Positions 25,795 through 39,224 of a DNA stretch of 64,000 nt are shown here, in pieces (within the stretch, counting starts at the first letter, position 1; each line of letters begins with the position of its first letter). Both the position numbers and the translations under genes were made by a program. The stretch is from Raillietiella orientalis. Taxonomy: Eukaryota. The DNA is taken from positions 124,001 through 188,000 of the forward strand of contig JAYWIR010000051.1 in assembly GCA_036172245.1 (NCBI GenBank), given 5' to 3'. The notes under the pieces are model-generated. The model had not been told where the DNA came from. It saw only the letters and a program-made list of their open reading frames with translations, and did no database searches.

Positions 25795-26960
25795 CGACCT
25801 CTGTCCACTCACCCGCTCGCTTGGAAAGACATGGTGCACTCGCGGACTCATAACCACCCTCGCCCTCAAGCGGCAACAGGAGTCAGCCCCGCTGCAGCTG
25901 CACTTTTGCCGTCCCACAGACAACGCCCACCGCCATCATTACCAGGGGTGGGCAGCTCGCACCCGAGCTGGTGGCTCAGCTGCGGAGAACCAGGGTGTCA
26001 CTCCCGTGGGCCTGCTTGCGAGTGGCGCCGCCCTCCGGTCCTTCGCGAAGGACAGTCTGGAGACGTTGCGAAGCGCCTCTTCGTGCGAGATGCCCACCAC
26101 CAGCTTCGCCGTCGGCAGCTGTTCGCCGCCGCCTTCGCGGGAGCTCGGCGGTGGTCTGCACCGCCGCGCTCCTGCCATCCCCGTCGCCTTCATGACTCTC
26201 AGCGCACCGCGACAGGATGACTCCACCTGGAAACCATGCAGGATGAGACTGCTGCCGCCGTCTGCATCTTTTCAAAAAGGGAGACGCTCCTCAACAGAAT
26301 GCGGTCCCTTCCCGAGACCACTCCCCTCTTCCACGAGGTTTTCTGCTCTTTTTTTCTTATTTATTTATTTTCATTCTGTTTCTTCCCTCCCCCCTCTTGT
26401 TCCTCGCCCGCCCCCCTTCCCCCCTCTCTTTCCCCCGGCTTCCGGGGCAGACTCCCACTGTCAGCGGGATGGCATCCCGGCAGCTCCCCAGTGCATCCGC
26501 ACGTGGCAGTCCCACGAGTCCCGCCACTTCACTTTTCTTGCGAGTTTCCCGGGTTTGAGAAACGCCCCGGGGAACCCGGATGGCACGGGGGATGCCTTCG
26601 CGTAGGCAGACGCCTGCGTCGGCTCAAGGAGGGTCGTCGGTCTTCTTCCGGTGTGCGCGTCACGAGAGAGGATTTTTGCTTCTTCCTATTTTTTTTTATT
26701 CATTTTTTTTTTTTTTGCCCCATGTGATCAGCACAACCGGAGGAGACGCCTTTCTCTCGGACGACGCCTCGGGAGCACACAGACGGCCGTTCAGCAGTTT
26801 CCGTGCGCGCATGCGCGTGCATCTTCTCGAAAAGCGCCAAAGAAAGCTCCAAAGAAAAGCGCGGCGGTTCGCGCGGGGCGCCGCTCGCAGGCGACTCGGG
26901 ACGGAACGCGGTTCGGCGCCCCCGGGCGGGACCTAGGCTGCGCCCACCGCAAGGTTTCCA
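25795..26960 (+). repeat. Left arm of an inverted duplicate (diverged LINE 3' end plus flank); partner at 58760-59910
   Basis: Matches the reverse complement of 58760-59910. The segment ~26290-26770 appears identical apart from homopolymer lengths, and the ORF-track translations 26236..26727 and 58393..59454 are identical over >130 codons. Confidence 0.95.
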
Positions 26961-28749
26961 CTCGGTGAGGTTTATAGAGTGCCAAAGAAACACCCCCGGT
27001 GCAATCGGGTTGCAGTAGAAGAAGCGGCGATGCCCTTCGAGCGTCCTCAAGTGCGTCTGGAAGATTCCCCTGCTCTCCATCAGATGGCAGCACCTAGCAG
27101 CTTCGTCCCCGCACCAGGTCTCCCCACAGAATGGATGCGCGCCGGCACCTCTGGACGAGGGAGGGACCGCGGGGTCCCTCGTTCCTACGCCTCCAACCCC
27201 TGGGGAGGGGGGCGACACCCATTCTTGCTCACTGGAGTGGGCGAGAATGGGCCTGGTCGCCACGCTGCGACGCGTCCGGCGAGCGCTGGGACGACCCAGC
27301 ACTGTGGAGGGCCGCACGACCTCGGGTCGTCAGCGATCCCTCCTCGCCCCCCTCCTGATGGACATGCGAAGAAGTTCAAGATCACCCCGAAAGACTATCG
27401 TCAGCAGAGGAGAGTGCTCAAGCCGTCCTGTCCCCGGAGGCTCCCGCTGGTGGCCATAGGCGGTCCACTCGTCTTCGTTGCCCCCGTCCGCCTCCTCCGC
27501 TCTGAAGAGGGCGGCAAAACGGCCCCATTGGGAAATGAGGGAGGGAAGGGCAGGAGGACGCCGCCTGCAACGGGACCCACAGGTCGCCGTGGAAAACGCG
27601 GGGCGGGCGACGACCGATCGGTGACCCCTTATCACACTGTTTTGGTTCTCCGTCCCTCCACGGTCCAGCGCCCCGACTCCCGCGCAGTCGCAAGATCCTT
27701 GCCTGTGAGGAGCGACCAGGCGTGACGCGAACGCCCGTCGAGGTTTCCGGTCCCTCATACCCTCAGAAATGTACCCCTTCAGGGTTCGGGATCGGCCCCA
27801 CTCTCCCTCTTCCTTTCCCAAACCTCGCCACCCCCCACGTCAATCTTCCGTAGGGTTCCTGCACCCGGGATGCTCCCAGACTCCCAAGCGTATTTCTCTC
27901 TCCCGTTTGTGAGGTGTCCACGAGCCCTTCGGCCCGGCGACTCCTTGCTGGCGGGTGGGATGGGAGGGGGGAGGGGAGAGCAAAAAGCGGCTGCCAAGGG
28001 TACTGCGCTCGTCAGAAGCCCTGTATGAACAGTGCCTCCAGCGAGACTCCAGCCCAGGACGTGCTGGGAAATAGAGGCCCACTGCAGCAGCAGCAGTCCC
28101 GCCCCTCCGGGCCTCCGAGGGCGCGGTAGCAGCTCCTCCGCAAGCTCTCCAGGGATGAAAGAAGAGAGAAAAGGGGAAACCCCCACGGCGCGTCAGAGGA
28201 CGAGCGGAGGAAGGGATCCAGGAATGGAACGGGAGAGCGTGCCCCCTAGAGAGCGCGTCAACCCCGAGAGTGGACGCGCTCGTCCGAACCCCCGAAGGAG
28301 TTGCCACTGCGGCTGGCGGGGGTTCGGACTCCCATCCGCGCGACCGGCTCAGTGGGGACGCGCGGCGCCGTACGAGTTCTCCTCGAATCCGGTGTGCCGG
28401 GAAGGGAGCGAAGACTGCGCTGGAACACTACGGAGTGGAGTGGGTGAGGGGAGGGCGATTACTCTTTGTCTCTTTCCTCCGCGGTGCCACTAAGGCGGCT
28501 CCCGTGCGCGCCGAAGGAGGAGGCCTCCGTGCGATGTTCTGGCGGTTGCTTGAAGGGGGGGAGGGGGGAACACGTAGATCGAACTGGGCAGACTCCACCT
28601 TAGACGGGAGTAGGGGTAGGGAAGGGCGCAAAGGCGGGCAGGAACGCTGTCGCATGGGCGCCAGTCGCCATCCGAACGTCATCCGCGCGCCTCGTTCCAC
28701 GAGAAACGCGCCAGCAGGGTGTATGCGAGCAGCAGCCAGTTACGTGGGG

Positions 28750-29840
28750 GACGAGGGTGCCCCTTCCTCCCCCCTCCGTTCCTCCTTCTGTCCGGACTCC
28801 TCCCCGCCTTCCTCCCTTGACATTGCCACGGCTCTTCAGGGCGGGTTCATCCTGGCCAGAAGTCCACCACCTTGAGCCTCCGAAAGGAGCTAGGCTGTTC
28901 GATCCGTGGCGCCGGGCGGCGCCGCCGTCCGAACAGGAGGGACACCTGCACACCGACGCAACCTCTCCTCTGGCGGAGGAGCCTAAAAGTCTTTCCCCGC
29001 CACGAGCGGCTCCCTCCGCGACCGTGCCTCGCCCTCCCCGGAGCAGCGAAGGAGGAGGAGATCCACGCGAAGGACCAGCTCCGGTCGCATCGAGGGATTC
29101 GCTTCCTCGGGAACCCGCCCGCTCCTTGGCCTGGGCTGCCAGATCGCCGTGTCCTTCAGCGACGCGATTCGAGTTGCCGGCGCTGTGGCCGAGGATGTGC
29201 CCGAAGGGCACATGTGCACATTTCAACCGGCACAGTCCCTGGCGGGCGCTGTTCCGCGCAGGCAGTGTGGGGTTGGGCCGTAGGTCCCCTGAACTCCTCG
29301 GTAATTCACAAGTCTCGAATGCTCCCCTCCCACGCAGCGTGGAGTGTGCTGAAGCATGACGCTGTCCCCAGTGGCAGGACATGGCCTTCCCCTGGTCGGG
29401 ACGTCTCGCAGTCAGGGAAGAGATCGCCGCCGACTTTCGCTTTCCCTCACAGCCGCGGTCGTCGAGGGCGAAGCATCGAGCGTCGCAGGACGTCTCCTTG
29501 GTCTGCTCCCTCCCCCTTCACGCGCGTGCGCTCCAGAGCTGCTCTAGAGCTCCGCGAGAGCTCTCAGGGAGAGGCGCGCGCGCCCTACTGGCTCCTCCGA
29601 TGCTCCCGCATGCGGTGCCAAGGAGACCTCGGCGACATGAGAACGGGAAGGACCTTCACCCCCGCTGCTGTGCGGCGGTGCTCGTGCGGAACCCGCCAAG
29701 GGAATCTGCGAACTACGCGCGCGCAGTCCCGTCACCTTGGGACTGCTCGCCGTCATGTTTCCGGGAGCAGCATCCGTGACGCGTGCACCCTGTGCTGGTT
29801 GCAGCTCATGACAAATGCGCTTGTGGAAAGGGGGTGAAAG
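28750..29840 (+). mobile_element. Possible decayed 3' end of an RNase H-bearing (I-group-like) LINE
   Basis: Weak remnants: SVGLGRRSPELLGNSQVS (WV.GH.GI.GNE.AD-like) and SRMRCQG...RRCSCG (terminal CCHC-like). Confidence 0.3.
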
Positions 29841-31299
29841 AAATGGGGGGGGTGGGGGGGCAAAGGTGTCTCCGCGTTCATTGCGTCTTCCGAAATGCAT
29901 ACGGCAACCGAAAGTCGAGAAGCGGTGTAATGAGAACTTCTTGTCCAGGATGACGGAGGGGGTGAATTCTTGAGGGGTCTTCAAATCGATACGCCAGACT
30001 GATTTGTTAATTAATATGGCAGAAATGTGCGACATATCGAATTGGGGATCTAATTACGCTCTGGCTGCCGGTGATGATTTTTGCATGCGATTTATCATCT
30101 TATGTAATGTCATACTCGCGAAATTTGGGGGAAGGAGGAATAAAGGTGGTGAGAACACGTGGCACGTGATTCTAATTATAAAAAAAAGATTTGGATTGGT
30201 GGTAATCGCTGGAGAATTCTGGCACTTGCGTGCCAGCAGCTGCTTGAAACGTGAGAGTTCAATTCGTGATGCTTCCTTGATTTGATGGAAATTGTAGGTT
30301 CAGCGTACATGAAAATATTGTAGAGCTTCAAGCTTACAAGGCAGCATTGGGTACTCTAGCATAAATAATGGATAATGGGGAGCTGAGGAGACTTCATGAT
30401 TGGCAGTAGCGAGAATTATTAGGGACGTTTGCTCGGTAACTGATAATCCGCTCGGAACTTACCATTTTAGTTGTATATCCTTGGTTTCATCATTCACGAG
30501 TGATAAATTTTCTTAACGAAGAGTGATTAAAAGTGTTAGTCAGGATGCACGGTGGAACGGGACAGCAGTGGACCACATCGTGGGTAAGTTTGATATATGA
30601 ATGCAATTTGATATTGAAACGGGATTTAACCGTAAATTCGTTTGAGGAGGGTTGAATAATTGAATAATGTTGAATAATTGAGTGTACATCGTCCGTCGCT
30701 ATGGTGTAGGATTCGATGACTCGTGGCATGGCAGGCGCACCGGAAGTTGTATCTAGGCAAGGGAGTGAAGTCTTTTGAAGCCAGGGGTTGCTTGTGTGAT
30801 GGCATGCAGTTTTTCTTCCTTGGTATTAAACTGACTGAGAAGCTACAGTGTTGCAAAAAGAGGAGGTAAACGGGATGAAAGTACCGAATGAAGTCGTCTT
30901 TCGTATCCGAGCGGGATTCAATGAAAACTTCACATTTACGGATGCTGATGGGTTAAATGGAACCGATGCTGCATTTAGCAAAACGTAGTCAAGCTTTATT
31001 TTCATTGGTAACGTGCTCACAAATTGACGATTCCAGCTTTCAGTTTCGAACCAGTTTGGCGGGAACTGTCAAGCAAGATGCAGCAGATAAAAGGTCTTCG
31101 AACTGAGGTCGCCGGCTCCCTTCACCTGGGAAACTCTAGTCATTTAGGTCTTGGAGGGGGAAGTCGAACCTTTGTGCTCCACGTGTCAAACGCGGGTGTC
31201 TATGGAAACCCACTCATACGTCTCCCTTGGGAGTGCGTTCTTGAGAGAGAATTCAGCATACCCCGCAGCTACTATGTTGGAATGCATTTTCGTGTTTCG

Positions 31300-34200
31300 G
31301 ATTCCCTTCAAATTCCAATTTCGAATCGAAATCGGCAGAAAACTCTTAGGAAGGCAAAGAGAAACATCGGATTGTTGTGGACACATTGCTTGGCAGTCGT
31401 TCGTTCGTCTTTCACTTTCCCGGGGAAATTTCGGGCTCCGTGCTCCCGAAGTCCACTTCAACACGAAAGATGCGTAAGGTCCGTGGACGCATGATGGAAA
31501 GGACGCTGCAGGTGTGCAACGGCCAAGTTTGGCTGAGGGCTGAATCACGTGGCTTATGGAAGAGCAAAGAACTTGGAGAAGAACTGCATTTATTGCTGCG
31601 GCGGCTTCGAGGCGCATCTGTTGCTCTTATTGAAATCCATAATCTCGCTCGTTCTCATATGAGCAGTCTGATTTCCCTCTTCCACAGAGCGCAGCAAGAG
31701 GGGATTGCTGATCAAAGGCAATGCAGAAGCCTGCAGGCGCAAGTTGGCAATATAGGACTGTCTAGACCATGCCCAAAAGCATGGAACCCTCCTGCATATT
31801 AGACCTCCAGGATCTTGCCGGAAGTCTTTGCTACCACCATCACCACCACTGGAGCCGAAGGAAGCGGCTAACCCCCTCTGCGCACCGCCGCGATCCCCTT
31901 CTACTTGAGGGAAGTTGCCGTTGCCGTCCTCTGCCGCGAGCACGCCGGAAGACAAGAACGCATGAGTCCTGGCGCTGGGATGTCGGCCCTGGGAACTTGA
32001 GAGCAGCCCGTTCGCTTGCTCTGACACGCCTTAGCGGGGTTTCAGACTCCCGTGGTTGCCACACCGTCCTGTTGTCCATAGCAACCGACAGTACCTTGCA
32101 TGGGACCTGACGGGCGCCGTAATCCGACGTTCGGTTCATCCCTCAATGCCAGTTCTGCTTACCCAAGTGGACCCATCGGAGTAAGCGATCATGGATCCCG
32201 ACAGTCCGAGCTTCCGGGCTCAAACGGACTCCGGGCTTCTCACTAGTTTAGATAAATCCACATCACCACGGCGCCAAGGCCTTTAATCATTCTCTCTAGA
32301 GCATGAGACTCCGCTTTTTCCTTCCGCTTCGAAGACCGCCGAATGTCCTGAAATTTTGATGCGGGTGCTTACTGATGATGATGTTGATTTTGCCGACCAA
32401 TGTTTGATGGAAGTGGAATAACGGCGAAAGCAGGAAAAGCGCCTGCGGTTACCCCCTCCTGCCGAAGAGTCAAGGTCCCCAGGTGAGATCAAGGAACTGT
32501 GCCGCCAAACAGGCATCCGGGATTTTCCGAAAGTTTCCTTCCACCTTCGCAATGAGTGACAGGAGAGAATAGAATGGAAAGCATCGCCGCAGCAAACCCA
32601 TGCCAGTGTGCTCTGGGTGCAGCAGCGCTGAAGTCCGCCTCCGTCATGAGAGCACCGCAGTCGAACGACAGATGCGGGAAGTATTCGAGATCGTCCCGCT
32701 CCTGGAACAGTTCGGGGATGAGACTCCACTGGTCGACGGACCTGTGCATGGAAGGGAACCGACATCGATGCTTCCGGTTACACTCCCTGGTGCATTGCTT
32801 TTTCCTCCTCCTCCTCCAGTTCGATATTCGCCGAAAAGAAATGGCTCGAGTGGCCCGAGACTTCGTGCAAGCAGGGCAACTGCGTTGTTCCGGAACATTA
32901 AGATTCGGTGGGCGTCGCAAAAGCGTTCTGCTTGCAGGCTGCACTCTATCCCCGAAACTTATCGCCAGGACTCGGTCGCCAGCAGCAGAAATGCGCTTTC
33001 GTAATCGCTGGCATTCTTTTGCAACCAGCGAGCCAAGATACCCTACAGCACATGCAGTAGTTCACGTACGGAAAGGTTCGTGTCTTAAGAGTCTACACCA
33101 GGGAATGGCTGAAGTGGAAGACAAGCCAACCTTATTGAAACGCTATACAAAAAAACCTGAAAGACAGCAGTAGCGTCCAATCTTTTTCATGGACTGCCTC
33201 TCATACCACTGCCTCCAAGCATCCGAGAAATTACATTAAAAGAGAAAAGACGCGGGCACAATCATTAACCCAGAAAGTAAAAAGTACTTATTGGATTTGC
33301 TATTATGGATAAGAAAATCACCAAGAAACGAACGAATGAAGAGTGGTCGAAACTTGTGACAACGACACGGAATCCTACCATTAGCAAGACATTTGGTTTC
33401 GAGAAACTCGCAAAGAGGTCGCTTTAGAGGCCATACTGAACTTAATGGAATTCGTAACTGCTTCATAAAATAAAGCGGCAAAGATGTTTCTCCGGATGGT
33501 ATGTTGATTCAGTAAACTCACAAGTGAGAATACTACAAGTGAATACTGGAAGTGCAATTCGACTTGCTTCGGGATAGAAGAGAGCAAACAGATTCTTTTT
33601 TAAGGAGGCAGAACTCAGGCAAGCCCTTAAAATTGGAATTCCGTATGTAATGTCATACTGATGAATTCTGTCTCCTCAACGTGACAGCCAAGTTGATCAT
33701 TCCTGAAGTGAATGTCTCTCCTTGAATGTCTCCAAATAAGGCTTAAATATGATTAATGATCGCATAGTCGAAGCATCCTTTGAATAACACTTGTTCCATC
33801 AATATTTGCACATCTCAATGGTAAACAAATTATTCTATCAAGACACCTACGGCATAGACTACATATTGAAGCAGTGAGGTTGAACATATGAAATATAGCA
33901 CAGGGTTGCAGGTAGCAGAAAAAGTTTGACTAAATCAGTGTCAAAAAGAATTGTTGTATTCCTGTCAGGTACATGTTTCTGGGCAGCATTTCATCAATCA
34001 TTCACCATATTTCTTAAGACTGGAGATACTTCAATCTTGAGAAAGAACTGAATGTAAAGTGGATTTCACAGATGCAAGGAACTGCATATTCCATGATGGT
34101 TTCTTTATCATTTTTTGGATCAGTGCTGTTTTTGAGAAATATCAAAGAAAACGATCACCAATTCCCTTGAGACTAGAACAAATGCCATGGAGATCTTTGG

Positions 34201-34970
34201 AGATTTTAAGAAATTTTTAACATTGTACTGGCATATTTCTGATAAGTCACATAAGCTTTATAAAAAAAATGCATTTACTGATAAAAATCATAAAAGAGTG
34301 AGCTCCTGCTTATACCTAAAGATGCATAGGGAAGCCTAGAACACTTTATAAGATAAGATCAATATGAAGGAGAAACACTGCAAATTGATGCATAACAAAA
34401 CCAAGGAAACTGATTGAAATAATTCCTGTCACTTCAATAAGCACCTAAAAGTTACAGAATACATAGTGAATGGAAAATTCAAATTTGAAAATCTACCAAA
34501 ATAGGCATAGGAAAAAACATAATAGGATCCAAAATCTCTGTTGACAATCTCAAACTATTCACTTATCACATGCATACAGCAACTACCATCAATCTCATTT
34601 TCTCCTATCATAATAAATGAATCACTAATATAATGTTTCAACAGATTTCTAAACACCTCTCCAAACTGTAAGATTCCAAAGAACAGTATCAAGAATTCTA
34701 ACCTAAGATAACTTGTAGATTATCTTAATTATACATGTATTGATGCTTATCAAATATATGTATAATTCACTGTACTTGTGTCAAACACATGAACTGAATT
34801 CTGGAATTTTGCTGAGACATGGCATTGTTAATTTTGGATTTTTGTAGAAAAATGACTGAAATAGGCAGCTGTACCCAATCAGGTGTAACTGCCATATATG
34901 AACTTATTGCACAGGCAAACATACATATGAGACAATTATACAGCAAAGTGCTATGGAATTCATACACATG
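31300..34970 (-). mobile_element. Near full-length but heavily decayed LINE ORF2 (APE + RT), CR1/L2/Jockey-group-like
   Basis: Collinear over 3.7 kb: VIFLQKSK (LQETK, ~34840); IFGRFSNL (GDFN, ~34490); KKPSW; KFRPLFIRSFLG (YRPISL.S..GK, ~33340); RFNKV (AFDKV); SIKHWSAK; WAWSRQSYIANLRLQASALPLI; and the terminal KSFLPISIRNWN (~31311-31345). Confidence 0.65.
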
Positions 34971-35338
34971 TAATCATTGTAAAGGACACTATGAAATGCC
35001 TCTTCAAGTTTAGTTTTTTGTAAATTTGTGGCATTCTGATGTAAACAAAATAAAGTGATCATGTACAATGTTCAACCTATCACTTTCCAAAAACCTTTTA
35101 AAATGACAATTTAGTTATACAATTCTAAGAAATAATCCTGTTAATGTTTCACATTCTCCTAAAACCCTACCTTCTCGACTGACAATGATGGAAAGTACTC
35201 GAAATTTAGAAATTTTAAATGCATTAGTTGTCAAAGCAATATACAACACTGATTTCAGGATACAGATTTGTACATATAGAAAAATAGCATGAAATAAATC
35301 GCACATCAATTAGTTGACTTACATTCCGCTTTTATTAA

Positions 35339-36186
35339 CTATGGGGAAACATTCATTGTATTTTCCCCAGTACCTGTTGAACCAAACCCTTTATCTCCTC
35401 TTTCTGTTAGATCCAAATTCTGATAATAAAATGGGTTGATTTTTCATAATGTTCCTCGAGTGGCCTACCTCTATTTCTACCAGTTCCGGAAAACAGATTT
35501 TTTCACAAATAAGTTGAGCTATTCTGTCCCCTCTGTTGACCTTAAAGGAGCAGGATGAATGATTGAAAAGTAGCACACAAACATTGCCACGATAATCATT
35601 ATCTATAACACCAGCTGGAGAGAAAAAAAGGAAATTGAATTGTTAAAAACTTTTGATTCCTTGGCAGCTTACATGAGCACAAGCCTTATTTGAAATAAGA
35701 CTCAAATTTAATAAACACAATTTTCATTTTCAATTGACATTAGGATGAACACACATCCAAAGTTACATACAACCACACATCACGCCTGCCATTAACGTGT
35801 CGCCATTTAAAACACGAATCTCATCTTAAACTTCAATTGTCAGCTTTACCTCCTACATCAATATAATGTTTCCAGGCTAAACCAGATCTGGGAGCAATCC
35901 TCCCGTAATAACCATCTGGAATCTGGATCCGCAGATCTGTCTTAATTAACTCCTTTCCTAGAGGTTCCACTTCATAATCATAAGCACTAAACACAAATGA
36001 TGCAAAATTTAGTCAAGTGCTACCAGTCACTGATGCATTGGAGCACAATATAGCCAACTTAAAACTAATTCACCTGAATAAATCTAGACCTGCCGCCTGT
36101 GGTGATGCTCGAATGGGACTCTGTGCATGTTCGGTCAAACGTTTGAAACACAACTTCGGACACTCGCTTAAAGTTCTGCAACTCAT
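35339..36186 (-). CDS. DUT: dUTP diphosphatase (trimeric dUTPase), 158 aa. Exons 36186-36074, 35986-35850, 35614-35469, 35419-35339
   Basis: The spliced translation has all five dUTPase motifs: [51 protein letters not shown] introns are in phase and AATAAA follows the stop directly. Confidence 0.96.
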
Positions 36187-37049
36187 TGCGTCTATTCTGC
36201 CATGTGCTTGGGAGAATGCTTATTTTAAGGTTGCCGCTAAACAGAATTCCCATATCCAAAAGCTAATAAATGGAGTCACAATTATGAATTCTGCATAATC
36301 AGCAGATGAATAGCAGAATCTATTCGTTTGGAGACGTCTTATCATGAACATTAAAAATTTCAATTTAAATACGTGTTTATGAAAAAGATTGTTTGCTTTA
36401 TCACTGTTATTTTTAAAATAACACTTACTTTATGTATGGAGCTTCCCACAAAATGCTGATTATTCTTAAATTAATGGCGCCATACATGTGATTCATGTAT
36501 TTCCTTACTTTTCAACCATTCCTCAGATTAGTACACTCAGTAAGTGTTTCGTGAATTCATCAAAACTAAAAATGCACATGATGAATCATGTGCATTTTGA
36601 TTAATGATCAGCATCTCAGTTGGCTTATTAAAATTTGATATATGCTAAGATGCTTCATTTCTGTTAATGATGGAATATAATGATATATAATTATATTTTG
36701 CCGAAGGATAAGTGACAATCAAGTGTGGATATTTGGTATTCGCGAAGATAGAATGCTTCAAAAAAACCTAAAACTAGAGGCAGATTTTCTTTCTTTCTAA
36801 AAAGAATTTTGATTAAAAAAATGAAATTTTCCGTGTTAGGTCTCAAATAGAATGTACATGCTGAAATTTAATGCAGTCACAGTAAATGATCTTGGTTTCT
36901 TATAAATCTGAATAATTCGAGTTGTTTTTAACAAGACAAAGAAGAGCAGCCGTAGCTGTGAGCAAAGAAAAATTCCAAATTTAAAATACTGCTCCCGAAA
37001 AAGACAAGTACAGAAAATTCCTAATTTGGTACAAATATGAAGAGGCAAT

Positions 37050-38400
37050 AGATTTGGAATGTCACTGAAAGAGGATCAGCTTAAGATGCAATGATCTCTA
37101 TTTCGTCCATTTTCGATTTCTTCTTCAGAAAAGGGCAGGAATTTTCATTCGCACCTTTGGGAATTAAATTTCAGGATCCACTTTGTTATTACTGCAGTTT
37201 GAAGTTATAAGACAGTGCCATTCAGGCGTATCTGGGTACATGGAAGACTGAGAAGGGCAGATTTTTCCAAACATGAACTTCGAACTGAGATACTGAGGTC
37301 CACAGGAATTCGTTTGTCTTGATCTATCGAATTCCTTCCGATATAAAGTTTCAATTTGTCAGCTGACATCCTCCGAACAGGAAGTTCCGTTGCAGTGCCT
37401 GGATAATACGAACACATCACATTATCTATGCCTTTTCTTTGCAAGAGTACACGAGAACCTTCCCCCTAGATTTCTGAAAAAAGCTCCATCTTTTATGTTC
37501 TCCTCTTTCGTCCTTCTCCTGTGCTACCGCTTGAAAACGATGTTTCAGTGAGCTTTATGAAGCCACACACGGAGGGCAACTCGCTGCACAGTCCAAGTTC
37601 ATCTTGGGTTTAATACAGGAAAATTTGTCTTTATATCGAGTTAGCAATAAAACTTCTCGCGACTTCGTAAACAAAATGAGCGTCATCCAGGTTCCTCCGA
37701 AATTCCTGAAATCATGTGTTTGTGAAATTCATGAAGAGGATAGAGTCTTGAATATGGTTATCTGCACTCGAAATCTTTCATGTTAAATAACTGCAAGGCT
37801 TTTCCGAAATTCACAAGGGTGGTAACTCTCCAGCTATTGTCTCGTGACTCCGAAACCCCTCCAAAGCAAGTAACTACACAATCACGGAGCAACTTCTCTT
37901 GAATGGGATGAAATTCTAGACAGTTCCTTGTTGAGAATCCCAGGGGCTGACTGATCATGCAACACTAGGAGATTCCTCTTCTTTTTGTGCATTCTATGTA
38001 TCGTACTCCGAGCAGTTTGCGCAATTCAAGAAGTACCTCATACAAACAATCTGTAGATTGCCGTGTGCATCACTTCCATTCGCCTCAAAGAGAAACGCTG
38101 AAAAATGTGGAACCAACCTGCGTCCAGCAGGAAAATCATAATACCGCAAGCGTGTTGTTTGGCATGACTGCCACCATGACGTGCGACTGTGTTTGATGTA
38201 CTGACACGGAATGGTAGCAAGAACTGAGGCTCATGAATAAACCCTATTTCTTTCTAGAACTAGTCTTTGATGTAACACCAGGCGCACGTGAAAGCTTCCG
38301 CGACCACAAACGGCAATCCCTAAAACTCTGACTCTTGGCGACTGCTACATTGGTATGCCTTCTTCGCCCTTCATCAGACAGTTCTGCTCCTTGGATCGCG
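37050..38400 (-). mobile_element. Probable decayed BEL/Pao LTR retrotransposon fragment (gag zinc knuckles, protease, start of pol)
   Basis: Ordered remnants DCRLW...LFMSLSSCYH; RNLLVLHDQSA (LLDSGSQ-like); VTCFGG; DKRIPVDL (GRY.V.LP-like), with many stops and frameshifts. Confidence 0.4.
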
Positions 38401-39224
38401 TAGAGCTTCGGCAAGATGCCTCACAGGATATCCTCTGCTATTCGTCATCTGTCTCTCTTCCTTCACAGTGGTTGCAACTCAGCTGCGACGACCGCCAGCT
38501 TCCATTTCTAGAAAAAAAAAGTTGCGGTTTATCCTCGCCACGAGTTGTTCCTGAAACTCCGAGGTCAACCACGAAGACGAGATAAACTCCCGCGTGGCTC
38601 AGCCTGCTAGCTGAGTCTTTCAGGTTGGAAGCATAAAAGGTTGTTTTCTGTTTCCTTAGCTTGGAGGCATGCGAAGCTGAGACGTCTCATCCAATCGCAT
38701 CATCCACGAGAAAGCCTTCGTTCCACAACCTCTCGTCAGCTCTGATCACTGCCAGAGGGGGAGACGCTTGCAATAAGATGGTTCCCTGAAGAATTGTTAG
38801 AGAAAGGCTACGCTTGGCAACACCGGAGCGCTTCCCCTCACGTGAGTAGCTGCCTCCTCGCTCGCTAACATTTCCTCCCCTGCTTTCCTCCCCTTGTCCA
38901 CAACAAGATGGACAGACCTCGGTTGGACTGTGATGTGAAGTTCCCTTGAGATTCGGTTGCGTCCGGCAGCCTCTCAATATGCTCTACATGAGCCGGAATT
39001 TGACCTGAGGATCATTCATCATCATCATCATCATCTACCTCATCACCACCAACCGCATCCACCTCAGTTTGCCCAAATCTCATCCTGCAGCCGATGGTAC
39101 CGACTGTTGCACATCGGTGGATAGCAGACTGCTGGATTGCAAGCTCAAACCCGCCACGGCATTCACATGATGTAGCAGCAGAGCATCCGGAGCAGTAGGC
39201 ACATGTCCTCGCTCCAGAGGCCAC

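Noticed and set aside
8600..29800. Many 200-350 aa ORFs in GC-rich DNA (e.g. 16422..17483, 19380..20381, 28872..29837)
   Set aside because: Pro/Arg/Ser/Gly-rich, overlapping in all frames and without recognisable domains. This is expected from high GC, and some are frames of decayed LINEs.
29880..31020. Additional decayed LINE RT C-terminal region on the minus strand
   Set aside because: Only two weak motif echoes (FSLNPARIRKT, HSIIQHY), too little to call as a feature.
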